A stretch of DNA of 64,000 nt. It comes from Octopus sinensis. Taxonomy: Eukaryota. Location of the stretch: assembly GCF_006345805.1 (NCBI RefSeq), contig NC_043009.1, forward strand, positions 31,310,001 to 31,374,000, in the 5' to 3' direction. Below the pieces are notes generated by a model. The model was not told where the DNA came from, made no database searches, and saw only the letters and a program-made list of their open reading frames with translations. The position numbers and the translations under genes are program-made. Below, in pieces: positions 1 to 14,354 of the stretch (positions within the stretch are counted from its first letter, which is position 1; every line of letters begins with the position of its first letter).

Positions 1-2387
1 TATACAAACACACTTGCACACACTCATACACAACGTAAATATATATGTATGTATAATTATATATGCACATACACACATATGTATACTTAGGCATACATGT
101 GTACAAGCATGTATAAAAAATTGAATCTCCTAAAGTTTCTGAAATTTTTACTTTCAGTTTCATGTGACTTATTATAGAAATGATTAAAAAATGGAAGCAG
201 TGTGACAATATATAAGAAAAAATATTTGTAAGTACATTGAAATTTTGTTAGTTCAACCATTGAACCAAATAATTCTTAGAAGCTGTATCATACATTCGCA
301 TATTCATTTGTTGTATACATTAATATATATATTCATTTAGTCACATGTAAATATTTGTTAAATTATTACTTCTTCAGTATGATGCACCATCAAATAACTG
401 AAAGCAATGAAGCTTGTTATTTTTAATGTAAGCTCAGTGTTGTTTAATGATTTGTATTTTTGTCAATATGCAAGAATCTTTGAATTTAAGGCAATTCCAT
501 TACATGACAAGTAAGCTATTTAAACTTGTTGTAATTAGGGAAATTCTTCACTAATAATATTGAAAATATTCTCTATTTCTGCTCATTTATTCAAAATTCT
601 AAACTGTTTTAATGGGATATTAAACATCTCTGAGAGGTAAAGTTAACAGCTTTTAATTCCATTAATGATGAGGGATGCATGTTCTACTGTACACTAATGG
701 ATTTTGTGAATAATAATATCCTTTAAAAACCAGATATATTAGGAGATTGTAGTGGTGAGAAACTCCCTATATTGCAGATATTTTTAAGTAAAGAATTTAC
801 ACATAACAAATATAGTATTTTGTTTCCTTTTGTTTACAAGAGAGACTTTAAATTGATAAACCAACGTTTTAGACCGACATGTGTTTCCAATATTGCAGAT
901 ATTAGAGTTGCAGCAGTTATACAAATGGGACGAGATTTCTGTGTTTATACTGAGTAGTTTTGTCATAGTTATACTGACTAAAGGTGTAATCATATTTATG
1001 ATGTAATTTTAGCTCAATTCCCAATTTAATATATATATAACCTATAGGGAAATGTTTGTCAATAAGGATTAGGATTCTCCTAGTGATGCTGGAATGAACA
1101 TTTATACTACATGGTAGATTGTACCCTGTAATATTTCCTCTATTATTTTTCAGTTTGTATATTAGTAAGTGTGTGTATGCTTGTAATCATATGTTTTATA
1201 TATGATATATTCTATCATGGGAATCATTACCTTTTAATGTGTCCTTGCAATAATGAGAGCAAGGTTAAAAGTGTGACATTAATAAGACAGACATGCATTC
1301 ACTTCTATTAAGTTTATAAAAGAAGGAGTCCCTATGGAAATATACCTGAAATGCACAATTCTCATATTTTAGAAATGACTCTGCTATGAAGAGTTCAATT
1401 TTAGCTGCAATAATGAAATATTCTTTGCATGAGATAAGAATAGTCTCAGAACAAATGATGGTGGGAAGGAATCCATCACCATATTCTTAAAATTTGGTGG
1501 AAAGATGACGGTGGAACTTTAAATCCAGGATTATTGGTAATGTTTGAGTTTAGTGGAATATTTAAATTACATGAAAACGTTAAAGAAAATTAATTTGATG
1601 GTTTTACAGACATTGATTGAATATTCTCAAACAAGAATTAATTATTGAATTATTAAAGATACGTCTTGAGTGACAAGAAAAAAATGTCAGAAAGATGTTC
1701 TGATTGATAATTCATATTAGGAAAGTTAAATAGCTAGCATGAATGATGAATAGTGTCGTATAAACATATTTGTGTGTGTGTATGCGTGTGTGTGTGTTTC
1801 TCTTTGATTTGCCATCGTATGATTTGTTGTAAATATGTGTCACCATCACATAAAATGCTTCATGCTTTTCCAATATTCTGCAAAAACATGTCTGGCCACC
1901 TTATTTGGAATCAGGTAAGGATTGACAAAAGGTCATAGAAAATCTGTCTCTATAAATGCTGTCCGACCTGTCCAGGTACAGAAAAGTGTGTGTCAAAGCG
2001 ATGATGATGCTCATGATACTCACACACACACACACACACACACTCATCTTAAGCTGAATAATCATGAAACTAGGGTATCCCTAATCCAAATAAAGAACTT
2101 GATGCGTGCTTAGAACAGAGAATGTATAATTAATTTGGTTGAGACTTTCATACAATGAGTAATTTGTTTCAGCATTTTTAGAACTTTATCAGATTTTCTC
2201 TGATAAAACAGTAAAAAAATGGTGGAACAAATTGAAGCAACTTGTACGAATAAAACTAAATTACATGTTTGTGTGTGTGTGTGTGTGTGTGCGTGTGTGT
2301 GGTGTGTGCATGTGTGTGTATATACATACACACACACACAAGTACATATACATACATGTATACATGCATGTGCGTGTGCATATATAT

Positions 2388-2420
<33 letters not shown>

Positions 2421-3144
2421 CAGAGAGAGTTGGTGGAGGGGTTTAGTGAACAGATAGATTGATTCATTGACTGACAGTTGGATAAATTAAAAAAATAAAT
2501 ATTTTAGCAGAATGGCTGATTGAATAGTTTGGCCTACAAATAAATACAGAGAATGAAAAGCTGAGTGTGGTGAAACGGAGAAAAGTAGAGACATATTAAC
2601 CAGTGCTGAATCTCAGAGACAAATATGCAGACAGCTAGTGAACAGAATAACAGACAGACAAGCAACTACCAGATATTCTGGTTGTGAGGAAAGACAGAAA
2701 TATTAATATTTCAAAAGGACAATTTAAAAATCAACAACTAGAAATCTCAGATGATTGCAATATTTTTTAGTCCCATTAACAAAGTGAATACTGAAAGTAC
2801 AATACCATTAATTTTGATGGCCTTATTTAGTGAGTATATTAACTGACAACAACTACATTTCTTCTCATGTCATCCAGTTATAAATGAGAAATTTCAATAG
2901 AGTTTATTATAAATTAAATTATCTCTAAATATACATCTCGGTAAATATATACAAATCACCTTCATGACAGTTAAACATCTACAGTGGACAAACAATAAAA
3001 CTGCAAATTGTAGAATTTGAATAAGTAAGACAGACTTGGCATTTTTCTTCATATTTGTCTTTCCGAAAATCTATTTTTATGAATTGCAAGTTTGCTTCTT
3101 GTTTAGTTTTGCTTTTAGTGCTAGTCTATTCAAGCACACACACA

Positions 3145-3433
3145 CACACATGCACACACACACACGCACACACATACGCACGCGCGCACACACACACGCA
3201 CACACAGATAGACAGACAGATAGATAGATAGATAGATAGAGAGATAGAGAGAGAGAGATAGAGAGATAGATAGAGAGATAGAGAGATAGATAGATAGATA
3301 GACTGATAGATAAATAGAGAGATTGAGTGATAGATAGATAGATATATAGACAGACAGACAGACAGATAGATAAACAGATAGATAGACAGAGAGACAGACA
3401 CATAGAGACATATATTTAGATAGATAGATAGAC

Positions 3434-3522
<89 letters not shown>

Positions 3523-3600
3523 TACATACACATGCACGTACATGTATAATGTGTGTATATATATATTTTGTATATATATATGTGTGTATATATGTATTTT
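3145..3600. repeat. Compound microsatellite (CA)n/(GATA)n/(TA)n
   Basis: Long GATA/GACA tetranucleotide array flanked by CA and TA runs; explains the LSIY-repeat ORFs. Confidence 0.97.
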
Positions 3601-4941
3601 CAAGCAAAATGTCAATAGGAATGCTAAATGAAGTGAATTCAGTGCTACATATGTTTAATCATTATTAAAAATTAAAACCTTAATGAATAAAAAAGAAAAT
3701 TTTGAGGTAAATGCATTTAACAAATATTAATTTAATCCACATATCTTATGTTATACTGCACTTCACTAGTTCTCTGCAATCTCTTGTAAAACTTTTTGCT
3801 TTAAAATGTATTCGTGATGTATTTTGTAAAATATAGCTGTTGATCAGTTTTATATATTATTTATTATATTTATTATATTGTTGAACTACTCAATAATGTA
3901 ATGACTTGTAATTTTGAGAAATTTGAATTTTTATAAGGTTTCATTTTCTGCTAAGTGTAAGTAACTTTAATTTAACTTAGGTATGTATATGTGTGGATTA
4001 TGCTGTATTACCCTTTCCTTTGTCCAATTGCTAAAGCTTCAGGCTGCACTTTGCATTTCTTCAAAGAGCACAGCACATTTGCAAAAACACATTATGCCCT
4101 GCTACAGAAAATTTAGTATTTTTCAGCATGTATTTTATGATGTGTGAACTTTCTCAAAGGCTTAAAATCTGTTATATATTTTTCAATTAAACAAATTCTT
4201 TACTCTAAGTATTAATTTATGTTTTATGGAATCCTTTTGTGAGAAATATATTCCTTAAATGCAAATCTATGTGAATCTGCTATGTCCTGTTGGTACATGT
4301 TTAAATACTATATTATATTTTAATGTATCTGCCTCAAAATATTCGATATTCTAATAATTGAATTTAGTTATATACATACATATATAATACATATATCTAC
4401 TGATACATTAAATCATGTGAGGTTATTTGTATTTGCATATACATTTGCAGGAATATTTACAGAAATTTTGTTTACATTTTCATACTCGCACATACCTGCA
4501 AACATATACATACACTTTATTCATAGACAGCAGTTTCTTCTTGTGAGAATAAATCTGTGGGTGTCAGGTCTTGTTATTTATTTAATCCACTCTGTTTAAA
4601 CATGATGAAATTTAGTTTTTCATTATATCAATAAGTAATTTAATAATTTGATCTTGCATTCATCATTCTATCCTTACTCTACAGTTGCATATTTACGAGC
4701 AGTAATTTTTTTTTTTTACTTTAACCTGAAGCTAACAGAAACCTCCATCCATCAAATGGGGAATATACTTGACATAGAGAATGCTTAAACATCCAAAAGG
4801 TAAAGTTACTACATTAGTAGGTGAACAAATATAAATCATGCATACATTTGTCTTTTAGTTCATTGGCAAAAAAATGAATGACCGTGATGATATGATAATA
4901 TGATGATGATGATGATGATGATGCTAAAGAAATGTGAGTGG

Positions 4942-4973
<32 letters not shown>

Positions 4974-5197
4974 GTAAAGAAATAACTTGCATTGATTTAT
5001 TTTCTTAAAATTTATTTTCTATGTTCACTTATCAATTTGTTTGAATGTGTTATACTCTAACATAGCATTTAAAAAAAGTGAGTTATATACTGTCAAGATA
5101 TTTTGTGAAATTTAAAAGTACATGTGACCTCATAGCAAGGTAAATGTATGATGTTAATGACATACATGTCTTCCTAATTAATGTGCTCGTTTCCCAG

Positions 5198-5234
5198 CTG
5201 TACCCTGAGTTTCTTGAGATGTTTGGATTTCTAT
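5198..5234 (+). CDS. Candidate 37-nt internal exon of an unidentified gene (LYPEFLEMFGFL, or alternative frame CTLSFLRCLDFY)
   Basis: Acceptor gtgctcgtttcccag| at 5197 and donor |gtgagt at 5235; two frames open; non-repetitive sequence. No homolog recognised. Confidence 0.35.
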
Positions 5235-5399
5235 GTGAGTATAGGACAAGTAATAACAATATTTTTTACTGACAATTTTTTTCCCAAGGATAATCTTGGA
5301 TTATATTATGGAGCTGAGTGACCAGAACATGGCTTAACCCACCCACTCCAAAATACATGTAAAATGAAGTAGTTTGAAAAATATATTACTGTATCTACC

Positions 5400-5740
5400 T
5401 ATCTGGTCAGGTGGTTTGCCCAAACCAATGTAAGTCCTTCATATCAGATGCCTTGATCTTTCGTAACAGTTTTCATATCCTCAACTTCATCGCCAGTGTC
5501 TTTCCACGAGTTTATCAATAAATGCTCTTCTCATTCTATTGATACTTGTATCTCCATGTACAGGTTTCCAGAGAAGGAAATAACTGGATATTTTATCCTT
5601 GCTTCTCCATCAGTGGCCTGCATAACATGTTCTTCTTTCACTGATCACCAAAATGATTGTAGGAAGACTGCCATACAGTGTCTCCCCAGGGCATCACCCT
5701 CTCCGAATTGAGCAGCTGTCACACAGACTTTGGATTATTC
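5400..5740 (-). mobile_element. RTE-clade LINE, decayed C-terminal fragment
   Basis: Minus translation gives YAGH*WRSKDKISSYFLLWKPVHG...RAFIDKL, matching the RTE/RTEX C-terminal motif FAGHCWR..E.AS..LLW.P.HG..SRGRP..YID.L; stops and frameshifts present. Confidence 0.75.
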
Positions 5741-6069
5741 AGAAACTAGCTTAATTACGGATTTATGATCAAAGGGGGCCTAACTTTTAATTTTCTTTTC
5801 TTTTCTGTTTTTACTTACCCTTCCACTTTTTGCTTCTACCTTCTCAATTTTCCTCATAATTTCTCTTGTACCAGCAACCTAATTTGTAACCTCTGCGCTC
5901 AGAGTCTCGAGGTTTCTTGAAAACACAAGGCCTGGTATAAAAACCTGCCTAGACTTGTGTCTCCAAAGCAAGAAACTATAAGTTGGCCATATCTTTACAT
6001 TCTATACATTAAATGATATTTATCTCTTTCTGGGTGGAGTATTTTTTTGTTGGTCTTAATAATACAGTA

Positions 6070-6186
<117 letters not shown>

Positions 6187-6196
6187 TATATATCAT

Positions 6197-6345
6197 ATCT
6201 TTTAATCTTTTGTTTGTTTCAGTCACCAGACTGCTGCAGCCATGCTGGGGCAACATCTTGATGGGTTTTAGTGAAAGCATCACCACCAGTACTTATCTTT
6301 TAAAATCCTGCTACTTATTCTATCAGTCTCTTTTCTCCAGAAATT
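6197..6345 (-). mobile_element. Octopus-type tRNA-derived SINE (family A), 3' fragment
   Basis: Matches the 3' half of the copies at 8317 and 29792 (tttgtttcagtca...ccatgctgg...agtacttattctatcagtctc). Confidence 0.8.
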
Positions 6346-6509
6346 TGGTAGCATCTAATATGTGTATGTTTTTCCATGCCATCAAATATGGTAAATAAGA
6401 CCTGATTTTTAATACCAACATATGTTGCCATTATACTGATTTGTGTTGTCATTGTGTGTGATTCAAAGACAGCAAGCAAATAGAGTCTGTAAAGCATTGG
6501 AATAGCATA

Positions 6510-6963
6510 AAAATCCATGTAATTTGCACACCTGTGTAATTTATGCACGTAATTTTCTGGAAAAAATTTGTTAAAAAAAGCTTCTACTCATGTAAAATAC
6601 GCATCCAAAAGTTTTCAGAATTGCTGATATAGCCAAGGAGGAAAAGGTTTTCAATTTAGTTGTATTTAGTATAATTTCACTTACTTGTGATTTTATTTTA
6701 TTAAATTTTCAATAAATGAAAATAATTTCTGTTTAACAGGTATCACATTGAAAGCTATTAAATTACAAAATATTTGTGTTGATTGTAATAAACTTTATTT
6801 TACATTTCTTGTCCACAAGAGATTATGTCTGATCTTTAGCATACTGCTGTATGTCTTCTTAAATCATAATCACAGGTAAAGTTGTTGATAAGAATTATCA
6901 ACAGAAGCAAAGCTGATAAATACACACAGGTGTTGCAAATTAAGTTTAATTACCACTAAACAT
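6510..6963 (+). mobile_element. MITE-like dispersed repeat, copy 1 of 2
   Basis: Collinear with 23297-23743; imperfect terminal inverted repeats taatttgcacacctgtgt / acacaggtgttgcaaatta. Confidence 0.7.
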
Positions 6964-8316
6964 TAATGGTTTTAGTAAATTTATATAGTAAAAGTAAACA
7001 TTATACAGTCCAGCATAAATAAAAGTCAATTTCATTATATTTAAGCCCTTATTTTGTATGCAAAAAACCTATTCTGACATTAAATGAGTCAACTTCCAGT
7101 ACGAATGTTTAAATTTTGCACATCTTTTTACAGCAAAAAAAAAAAAATGTTTAAACGAATTCTGGAAACGATCTACTCATGTGGTTTAGGTACCTCTAAA
7201 GTTTATTTTCATTATTTTCACGAAACAAAATGCATAATTCACATGGGTTTTTACAGTAAATGTTTTCTAGTATTTCTTCTGATTCTTTAGTTTCTAAGTT
7301 CAAATCCAGTTAATGTTATATTTGCTTTCCAGGATTCCTGAGTCAATAGCATAAAGTACTAATCAATTACTAGATTTGATGGAATCAATGAAACCCCTAC
7401 CATCTTATTTGTTGATCTTGTTCCTGAATAAAAACTATTTTCTAAAGACATGCATTGTCCAACTTAAAATATCATTTCTTTAATTCCTTTAATTATTATT
7501 TGTGGAATGTTCCAACAGTTTGTCTTCAGAATTCAAATTCTTATGAAGTCAACTTTGCCTTTCATCTTTCAAGGCTGATAAAATAAAGTACCAGTGAAAT
7601 ACTTGGGTCAGTCTAATTGACTTACTTCTTCCCCTCTCTTTGCTGAAATTATACAATATAAATATGTGATGTTTTTCTAGGTGCAATTATGACTCTTTTT
7701 CGTTGAATTTCTTTCCCTCCCTAAGTTTTATTTCAGTTCATCATTAAAGCATTGTTAGGATTTAATGACATTTCTTGTATGAGAGATGTGACTTATTGGG
7801 GAATTGTAATGCTAGGAAATAACGTCCTTATATAAGTAATTGTAGAAGAATAAATCTCTCACAAATTTATAACTACTGAAACCGTTGAAGACATCAATTC
7901 CTGTTAATGATATACTTGTCTGATTTTACATGCCACTGCTGCAGCTACTTAGAATGGCTGGTATTTCTACCACAGATACACTGCAGTGTTAAAGAACAGC
8001 CAGGTATCACAGCAACAAAACAGAAGCAGAATATTAATGACCAGACAAGCACAATAAGCACTGCTGAAGAATAAGTCATTGTCTAAGAGACACGTTTGGG
8101 AATGTAATAAATTGGCAGCTTTAAGCTGGAGATAGCTGAAATAATTTCTGCATTACAGCATTTCTTCCAAGTCCTAGTAGTCAGAGTTCGAATCTCACTG
8201 ATGTCAACATTGTATTTCCTTTTTGTTAGGATTGAGGAATAAAGTACAACCATGATATAAGTTATGTACGCAGAACATATATGTTAAATTTAGCTCTTTC
8301 TCCATAAACGGAAATA

Positions 8317-8712
8317 GGTGCAGGCATGGCTGTGTGGCAAGAAACTTGCTTCCCAACCACATGGTTCCGGGTTAGGTCCTACTGTGTGGCAACTAGGGTA
8401 AGTGTCTTCTACTATAGCCTGGGCCAATCAAACCCTTGTGAGTGGATTTGATAAACAGAAACTGAAAAAAGCCTGTCATGTATATAAGTATATATTTATA
8501 TGTGTGTGTTTGTGTCCCTGTTTGTCCCCATCACTATCGCTTGACAACTGATGTTGGTGTGTTTAAGTCCCCGTATCTTAGCAGTACAGCAAAACGAGAC
8601 CAATACAATAAGCACCGAGCTTACAAAGAATAAGTCCAGGGGTCGATTTCTCTGACTAAAAGGCTGTGCTCCAGCATGGCCAGAGTCAAATGACTGAGAC
8701 AAGTAAAAGAAC
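8317..8712 (+). mobile_element. tRNA-derived SINE (family A), near full length
   Basis: Head ggtgcaggcatggctgtgtgg (A box) and ggttccgggttaggtcc (B-box-like), gtgtcttctactatagcc core, internal microsatellite, tail gtcaaatgactgagacaagtaaaag; many sister copies in the window. Confidence 0.9.
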
Positions 8713-8754
8713 ATAAATATATATACATACATATATATATATTTATCAAAGTAT

Positions 8755-9032
8755 CAAGAACACTATCAGATGTTGATATACATCACTGTCCACAATGCAC
8801 TTTGCATTGTTTTTAGCTTTTAAGTGGTGCCACACCCTTCTGGTTAGGTGAGCAGGTCAACATTCCCCCTGATTCAAAAGCCAGTTGTAATGTTACCCAT
8901 TCACAGCTGAGTGGACAGGAGCAACATATAATGTAGTGCTTTGCCCAAGAATGCAATGCACAGCCATTCTGAGAAGTGAAAACATAATCTCACAGTTGTG
9001 AGTGCAACACCTCTAACCACTAGGCCACAAGC
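8755..9032 (-). mobile_element. tRNA-derived SINE with CORE-like domain (family D)
   Basis: agctgagtggacaggagcaac...tgctttgcccaagaatgcaatgc core and ctaaccactaggccac tRNA head end; related to 32365-32620 and 60540-60778. Confidence 0.7.
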
Positions 9033-9339
9033 TATCACACACACACACACACATGCATATATCACTAAACAAGATGACTTATTATTTACATACAAAATGT
9101 TCCTAGCTTAATTATGTGGTTTTTGTTATTATTCTTTCTATTTTATTTTTCTATTTCACTTTTATATATTTTGTTTTGTTTTTTTTTGCCATTTCAATCA
9201 TCTGAGAATGGCATTGTGGGAAATACTTGAAGGATTTATATTGATGTCATTTACTGCTAAATAAATGGAAAAAAATGAATGGCTTCAAAATATATTGCAA
9301 AAAAGACGTATCTACATACAGATACATACAAATATAGTC

Positions 9340-10730
<1,391 letters not shown>

Positions 10731-11589
10731 TATGTGTGGGTGTGTGTACATGTATATATGGACTCGTGTTTGTCACTTTAAATGTGTTCACCCAACATGA
10801 ATTTGTCCGTGTCTGAGAGTACACATGTGTGATTGTGTCACTTTATATTTATTATTGATGAAATGACTAAGTGTTCCTATGTTGTCTTTAGGAAATCTTC
10901 ATAGGAACACATTCAAGCTATTAAATGTGTAGCTGTAGTCAAAGTGTTATATTACATTTATTATACATTTCCTTCAAACCAAAACTGTGATAAAACATTT
11001 TTTTTTATTTTGTTTTCGTAGCCATTGGTTTCAAAATATATATGTATAAAACACACATATTCTAAAAAAAAGAATAAATAAATAAAGAGGAAGAAATATA
11101 CTTTATTATTTCTTTTTACAACCTCTGGCTTAAAAATTGAAAATATATCATAAAAATTTAATCTGGGGGAAAGAAAGAAATTGAACAGTAAAGAATTAAA
11201 TTATAAAAAGAGAAAGGTGAGGAAATAGTATATTGGTGTTCCATGGAGTTTTATTAAAAAAACACTCACAAACAAGACAAAAGTTGTTAACTGCATCACG
11301 TATTAAGAGTCCAATAAAGAACTTGTTAGAGTATGACATTTAAGAGGGAATCAAGTTCTGTAGGAAACAAGTTGGTCATGTGACATCTCTAATGCTGATT
11401 GGTTACTTCAATATGACACCAGAATTAATCTAAATAAACTTAGGATAAAAATCTGTGGAGGACTGAATGTCCAGGTTTTCAGAGCATATTTAGGTTTAGG
11501 GTTAGTTGTAAAAATATTGTATTTAGTTAGAAACAGTTGTACAACTGTTGTACATGTGTTAATGTTGTAAGACTTGTTTAGACGTACAT

Positions 11590-12440
11590 ATACACATGTC
11601 ACTGCCCTCGTTTGAACCCTCCTGCCATGAGGAAGGTTCATCTGGTTTTCTTGACAGAATCAGATCCAGTTTTGTTTTGAAAACACCTGCATCCACTTTG
11701 TGTAGTTCCCTCAGGCTCTTTGGCAGAATAGTAAAAAGCAGTGGGCCCTTGAAACCCAGGCTGTTGCAGTAATTGATCCTGAAACACAAAGGCAGTGTTG
11801 GGATCTTTGGCACTGTGCAGTGGTGACCTGTTCTGAGCTGTTGCAATGCAATGATCTTTGTGTAGCTTCACCGGATTGCTTCAAGGTCTACTGTTACTTG
11901 TACACTGTGTAGTGACCATAGTTGGGAGCAGTAGTCCAAATGGCTGAGAACTAATGTCCTCCAGAGGACCATCATGGTTTCCTTCCTCTGGTTCTGAAGG
12001 TTTACAGGATCCAGCCAGCCAGTCATCTGCACTTTGTCGCCATTTTGGAAATGTGCATTTGGAAAATGGTATCATCACTCACATCGATATCCAGGTCACA
12101 TGCTGATTTAGGTTCTGGGATTGTAATCCCCCTGGGCCAGTGTACCCTATATGATGTTGTTCAATATTGGGTGCTGGTAGCAGAGGACTTGAAATGTCCT
12201 GCATTAAACTGCATATTATTGTCCTCAGCCCATTTGCAAATTGCATCCAACTCCTGCTGCAGATGTGCAACATCGATAGGGTTTTGTATTTTCTGTGAGA
12301 CTTTTGTGTTGCATGCATAACTAGTGAGGCATATCTGAGAAGATCACTATGAAAAGCAGTGGTCCTAAGACAGTACCCTGTGGAACACTGCTCCCGATTT
12401 GTGTTTCCTTTGAGGTGACACCATTGGCCACTACTGCCTG
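11590..12440 (-). mobile_element. CR1-like LINE, 5'-truncated, internally deleted reverse transcriptase remnant
   Basis: Minus strand encodes [52 protein letters not shown] and NSLGFKGPLLFTILPKSLRELHKVDAGVFKTKLDLILSRKPDEP, typical of the invertebrate CR1-group RT C-terminus; multiple stops and frameshifts. Confidence 0.9.
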
Positions 12441-12489
12441 ACTTCTATCTTTCTATATATACATATATATTATATATATACACACACAT

Positions 12490-12650
12490 ACATATATGTG
12501 TATATATAAGAAATTAAAATGACAAGGGAATGAGAAACTATGCCATGAAGTTCATTGTCTGACAGCTGTTTCTAGTGTAAGATTCAGTGTACTCACAGTT
12601 TAATGCTTGTGTTTCACTCTATAGCTTCATCAGAGTTTCAAAAATGAAGT
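12490..12650 (-). mobile_element. Penelope-like terminal remnant with degenerate hammerhead core
   Basis: Minus strand CTGATGA-AGCTATAGAGT-GAAAC (12633-12611) and a second GAAACAGCTGTC (12573-12561); abuts a (TATG)n array. Confidence 0.5.
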
Positions 12651-12654
12651 GCTA

Positions 12655-12742
12655 CATACATACATGTATATATGTATGTATGTATGTATGTATGTACGTA
12701 TGTATGTATGTATGTATGTATGTATGTATGTATGTATGTATG

Positions 12743-12773
<31 letters not shown>

Positions 12774-12810
12774 GTATGTATGTATGTATGTACGTACGTA
12801 TGTTTGTACG
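12655..12810. repeat. (TATG)n microsatellite
   Basis: Near-perfect tetranucleotide array. Confidence 0.97.
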
Positions 12811-13221
12811 CATGCATATTTCCTTCCATTGTTTCTAAATTCAGCAAATATTTCTTCAGAGCCAAATTGGAAATGTATGACACTACTTTTTCTTATGGTG
12901 ATGATTGTTTACAGTTATCCCAATTAGTACTTAATGTTAAAACACTACAAAATGGATATATGTCAATAACAATAGTACACCAAAACTTTTGACACCAAAA
13001 AATGAATGTCTTAGTGAATTTAACAATGTTTGTGTGTTTTTGAAGGACTAATTTGTGTTTTCTAGTTTTCAATTATCATTTTAGTTTCAATGCACAGTCT
13101 CACATCAAATCACTTGCTTAGCACACATACATATATAATTATAAAATTATATATAATTATAAACATAAATAAATATATTTATATTTATAATTAAATAAAT
13201 ATACAATAATAAATCTCTGAG

Positions 13222-13562
13222 TGAGAGGTAAACAGTAGGAGTATGGAATCGTGAAACATATTTGCCACCTAAATGTGGCAGACCCATAGGGAACGTTGCT
13301 ACTGTTGTTTATAGCCCCCAGGAAGACATCTCCTCTAGCTGGCTAATGACACACTGTCTGTGTCTGATTAGTATTTGCGAAGGGAAATCATTGTTCCCAC
13401 CTCTAGCCTTATGTGATACATGCAGACCTGGGTTTCTGGGTAGTAACCTGTCATCAGCGTGTAGCAGTGACTAGTTAATGATGAGAAGTCAAACCGAACG
13501 CAGAGTATTATATGCTTTTTCAAGTGACACACTGTCGCTGATCTTGAAAAAGGAGAAGCAAG
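13222..13562 (-). mobile_element. 341-bp hammerhead-bearing short retroposon (retrozyme-like) with 18-bp TSD
   Basis: Exact direct repeat caataataaatctctgag at 13204-13221 and 13563-13580; no ORF of note; hammerhead motif on the minus strand; perfect 10-bp stem ctttttcaag/cttgaaaaag near 13514-13551. Strand is assigned from the ribozyme only. Confidence 0.7.
13418..13463 (-). ncRNA. Type I hammerhead ribozyme motif (degenerate copy)
   Basis: UACACG-CUGAUGA-CAGGU-UACU-ACCCA-GAAAC-CCAG-GUC^UGCAUG: intact CUGAUGA and GAAA boxes and GUC triplet; all helix mismatches are CpG-type transitions. Confidence 0.7.
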
Positions 13563-14075
13563 CAATAATAAATCTCTGAGCCCATTTCTTTTAGACTTTA
13601 GATTCCTGAATGGAAAGATATTAATCTAAAGCCTAAAAGAGAAGGGCTTCTGTTAGAGGTTTGCAAACCATTAAATTGCACAGAACTGAATCAAACTGTC
13701 TTAAATAATATATGTGACTCCTATTGAATGTGTTGAGGGCCCCGTTCTTTTGTTTGCCTACTCATTGATTCATACATACATACATACATACATGCACACA
13801 TACATACATATATACATACATATATATACACACACACACATATATATATATCATCTATTTATGTCTACATATCTACCTAAAAATCTATTTATATTTCTAT
13901 CTGATTTTCTGTCTGTCTCTATCTATCTATCTATCTATCTATCTTCTATCTATCTATCTATCTATCTATCCATCAATCTATCAAATATATATGCACACAC
14001 ACACACACATATATATATATACATATATACACACACCACACAAACGTGTGTGTGTGTGTGTGTGTATGTATATAT

Positions 14076-14320
14076 AAAGCACCATTGGAGCGTGGTCAAT
14101 GCCAGTGCTGCCTGACATGACCGCATGCCAGTGGCACATAAAAAGCACCTACTACACTCTCGGGGTGGTTGGTGTTAGGAAGGGCATCCAGCTGTAGAAA
14201 CCATGTCAGATCAGAGTGGAGCCTGGTGCAGCCTCCTGGCTTGCCAGTCCTCATTTAAACTGTCCGAACTCATGCCAACATGGAAAGCAGATGTCAAATG
14301 ATGATGATGATGATGATGAT
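14076..14320 (+). mobile_element. RTE-type 3' tail element (LINE 3'UTR or SINE) ending in (GAT)n
   Basis: aaaaagcacc-tacactctc-ggtggttggtgttaggaagggcatccagctgtagaaa...catgccaacatggaaagcagatgtcaaatgatgatgat; sisters at 35670, 41953 and 59494. Confidence 0.85.
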
Positions 14321-14354
14321 ATATATATATACATATATACATATGTATATATGT

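Noticed and set aside
899-985. Possible exon after tattgcag| (ILELQQLYKWDEIS... or DIRVAAVIQMGRDF...)
   Set aside because: No convincing donor and ambiguous frame; not supportable without transcripts.
4738-4799. Acceptor/donor pair ending AAAAG|gtaaag
   Set aside because: All three frames contain stops.
8317-8400. tRNA-like sequences (also at 30197, 43666 and 59965)
   Set aside because: They are SINE heads followed by SINE bodies; cloverleaf arms are incomplete.
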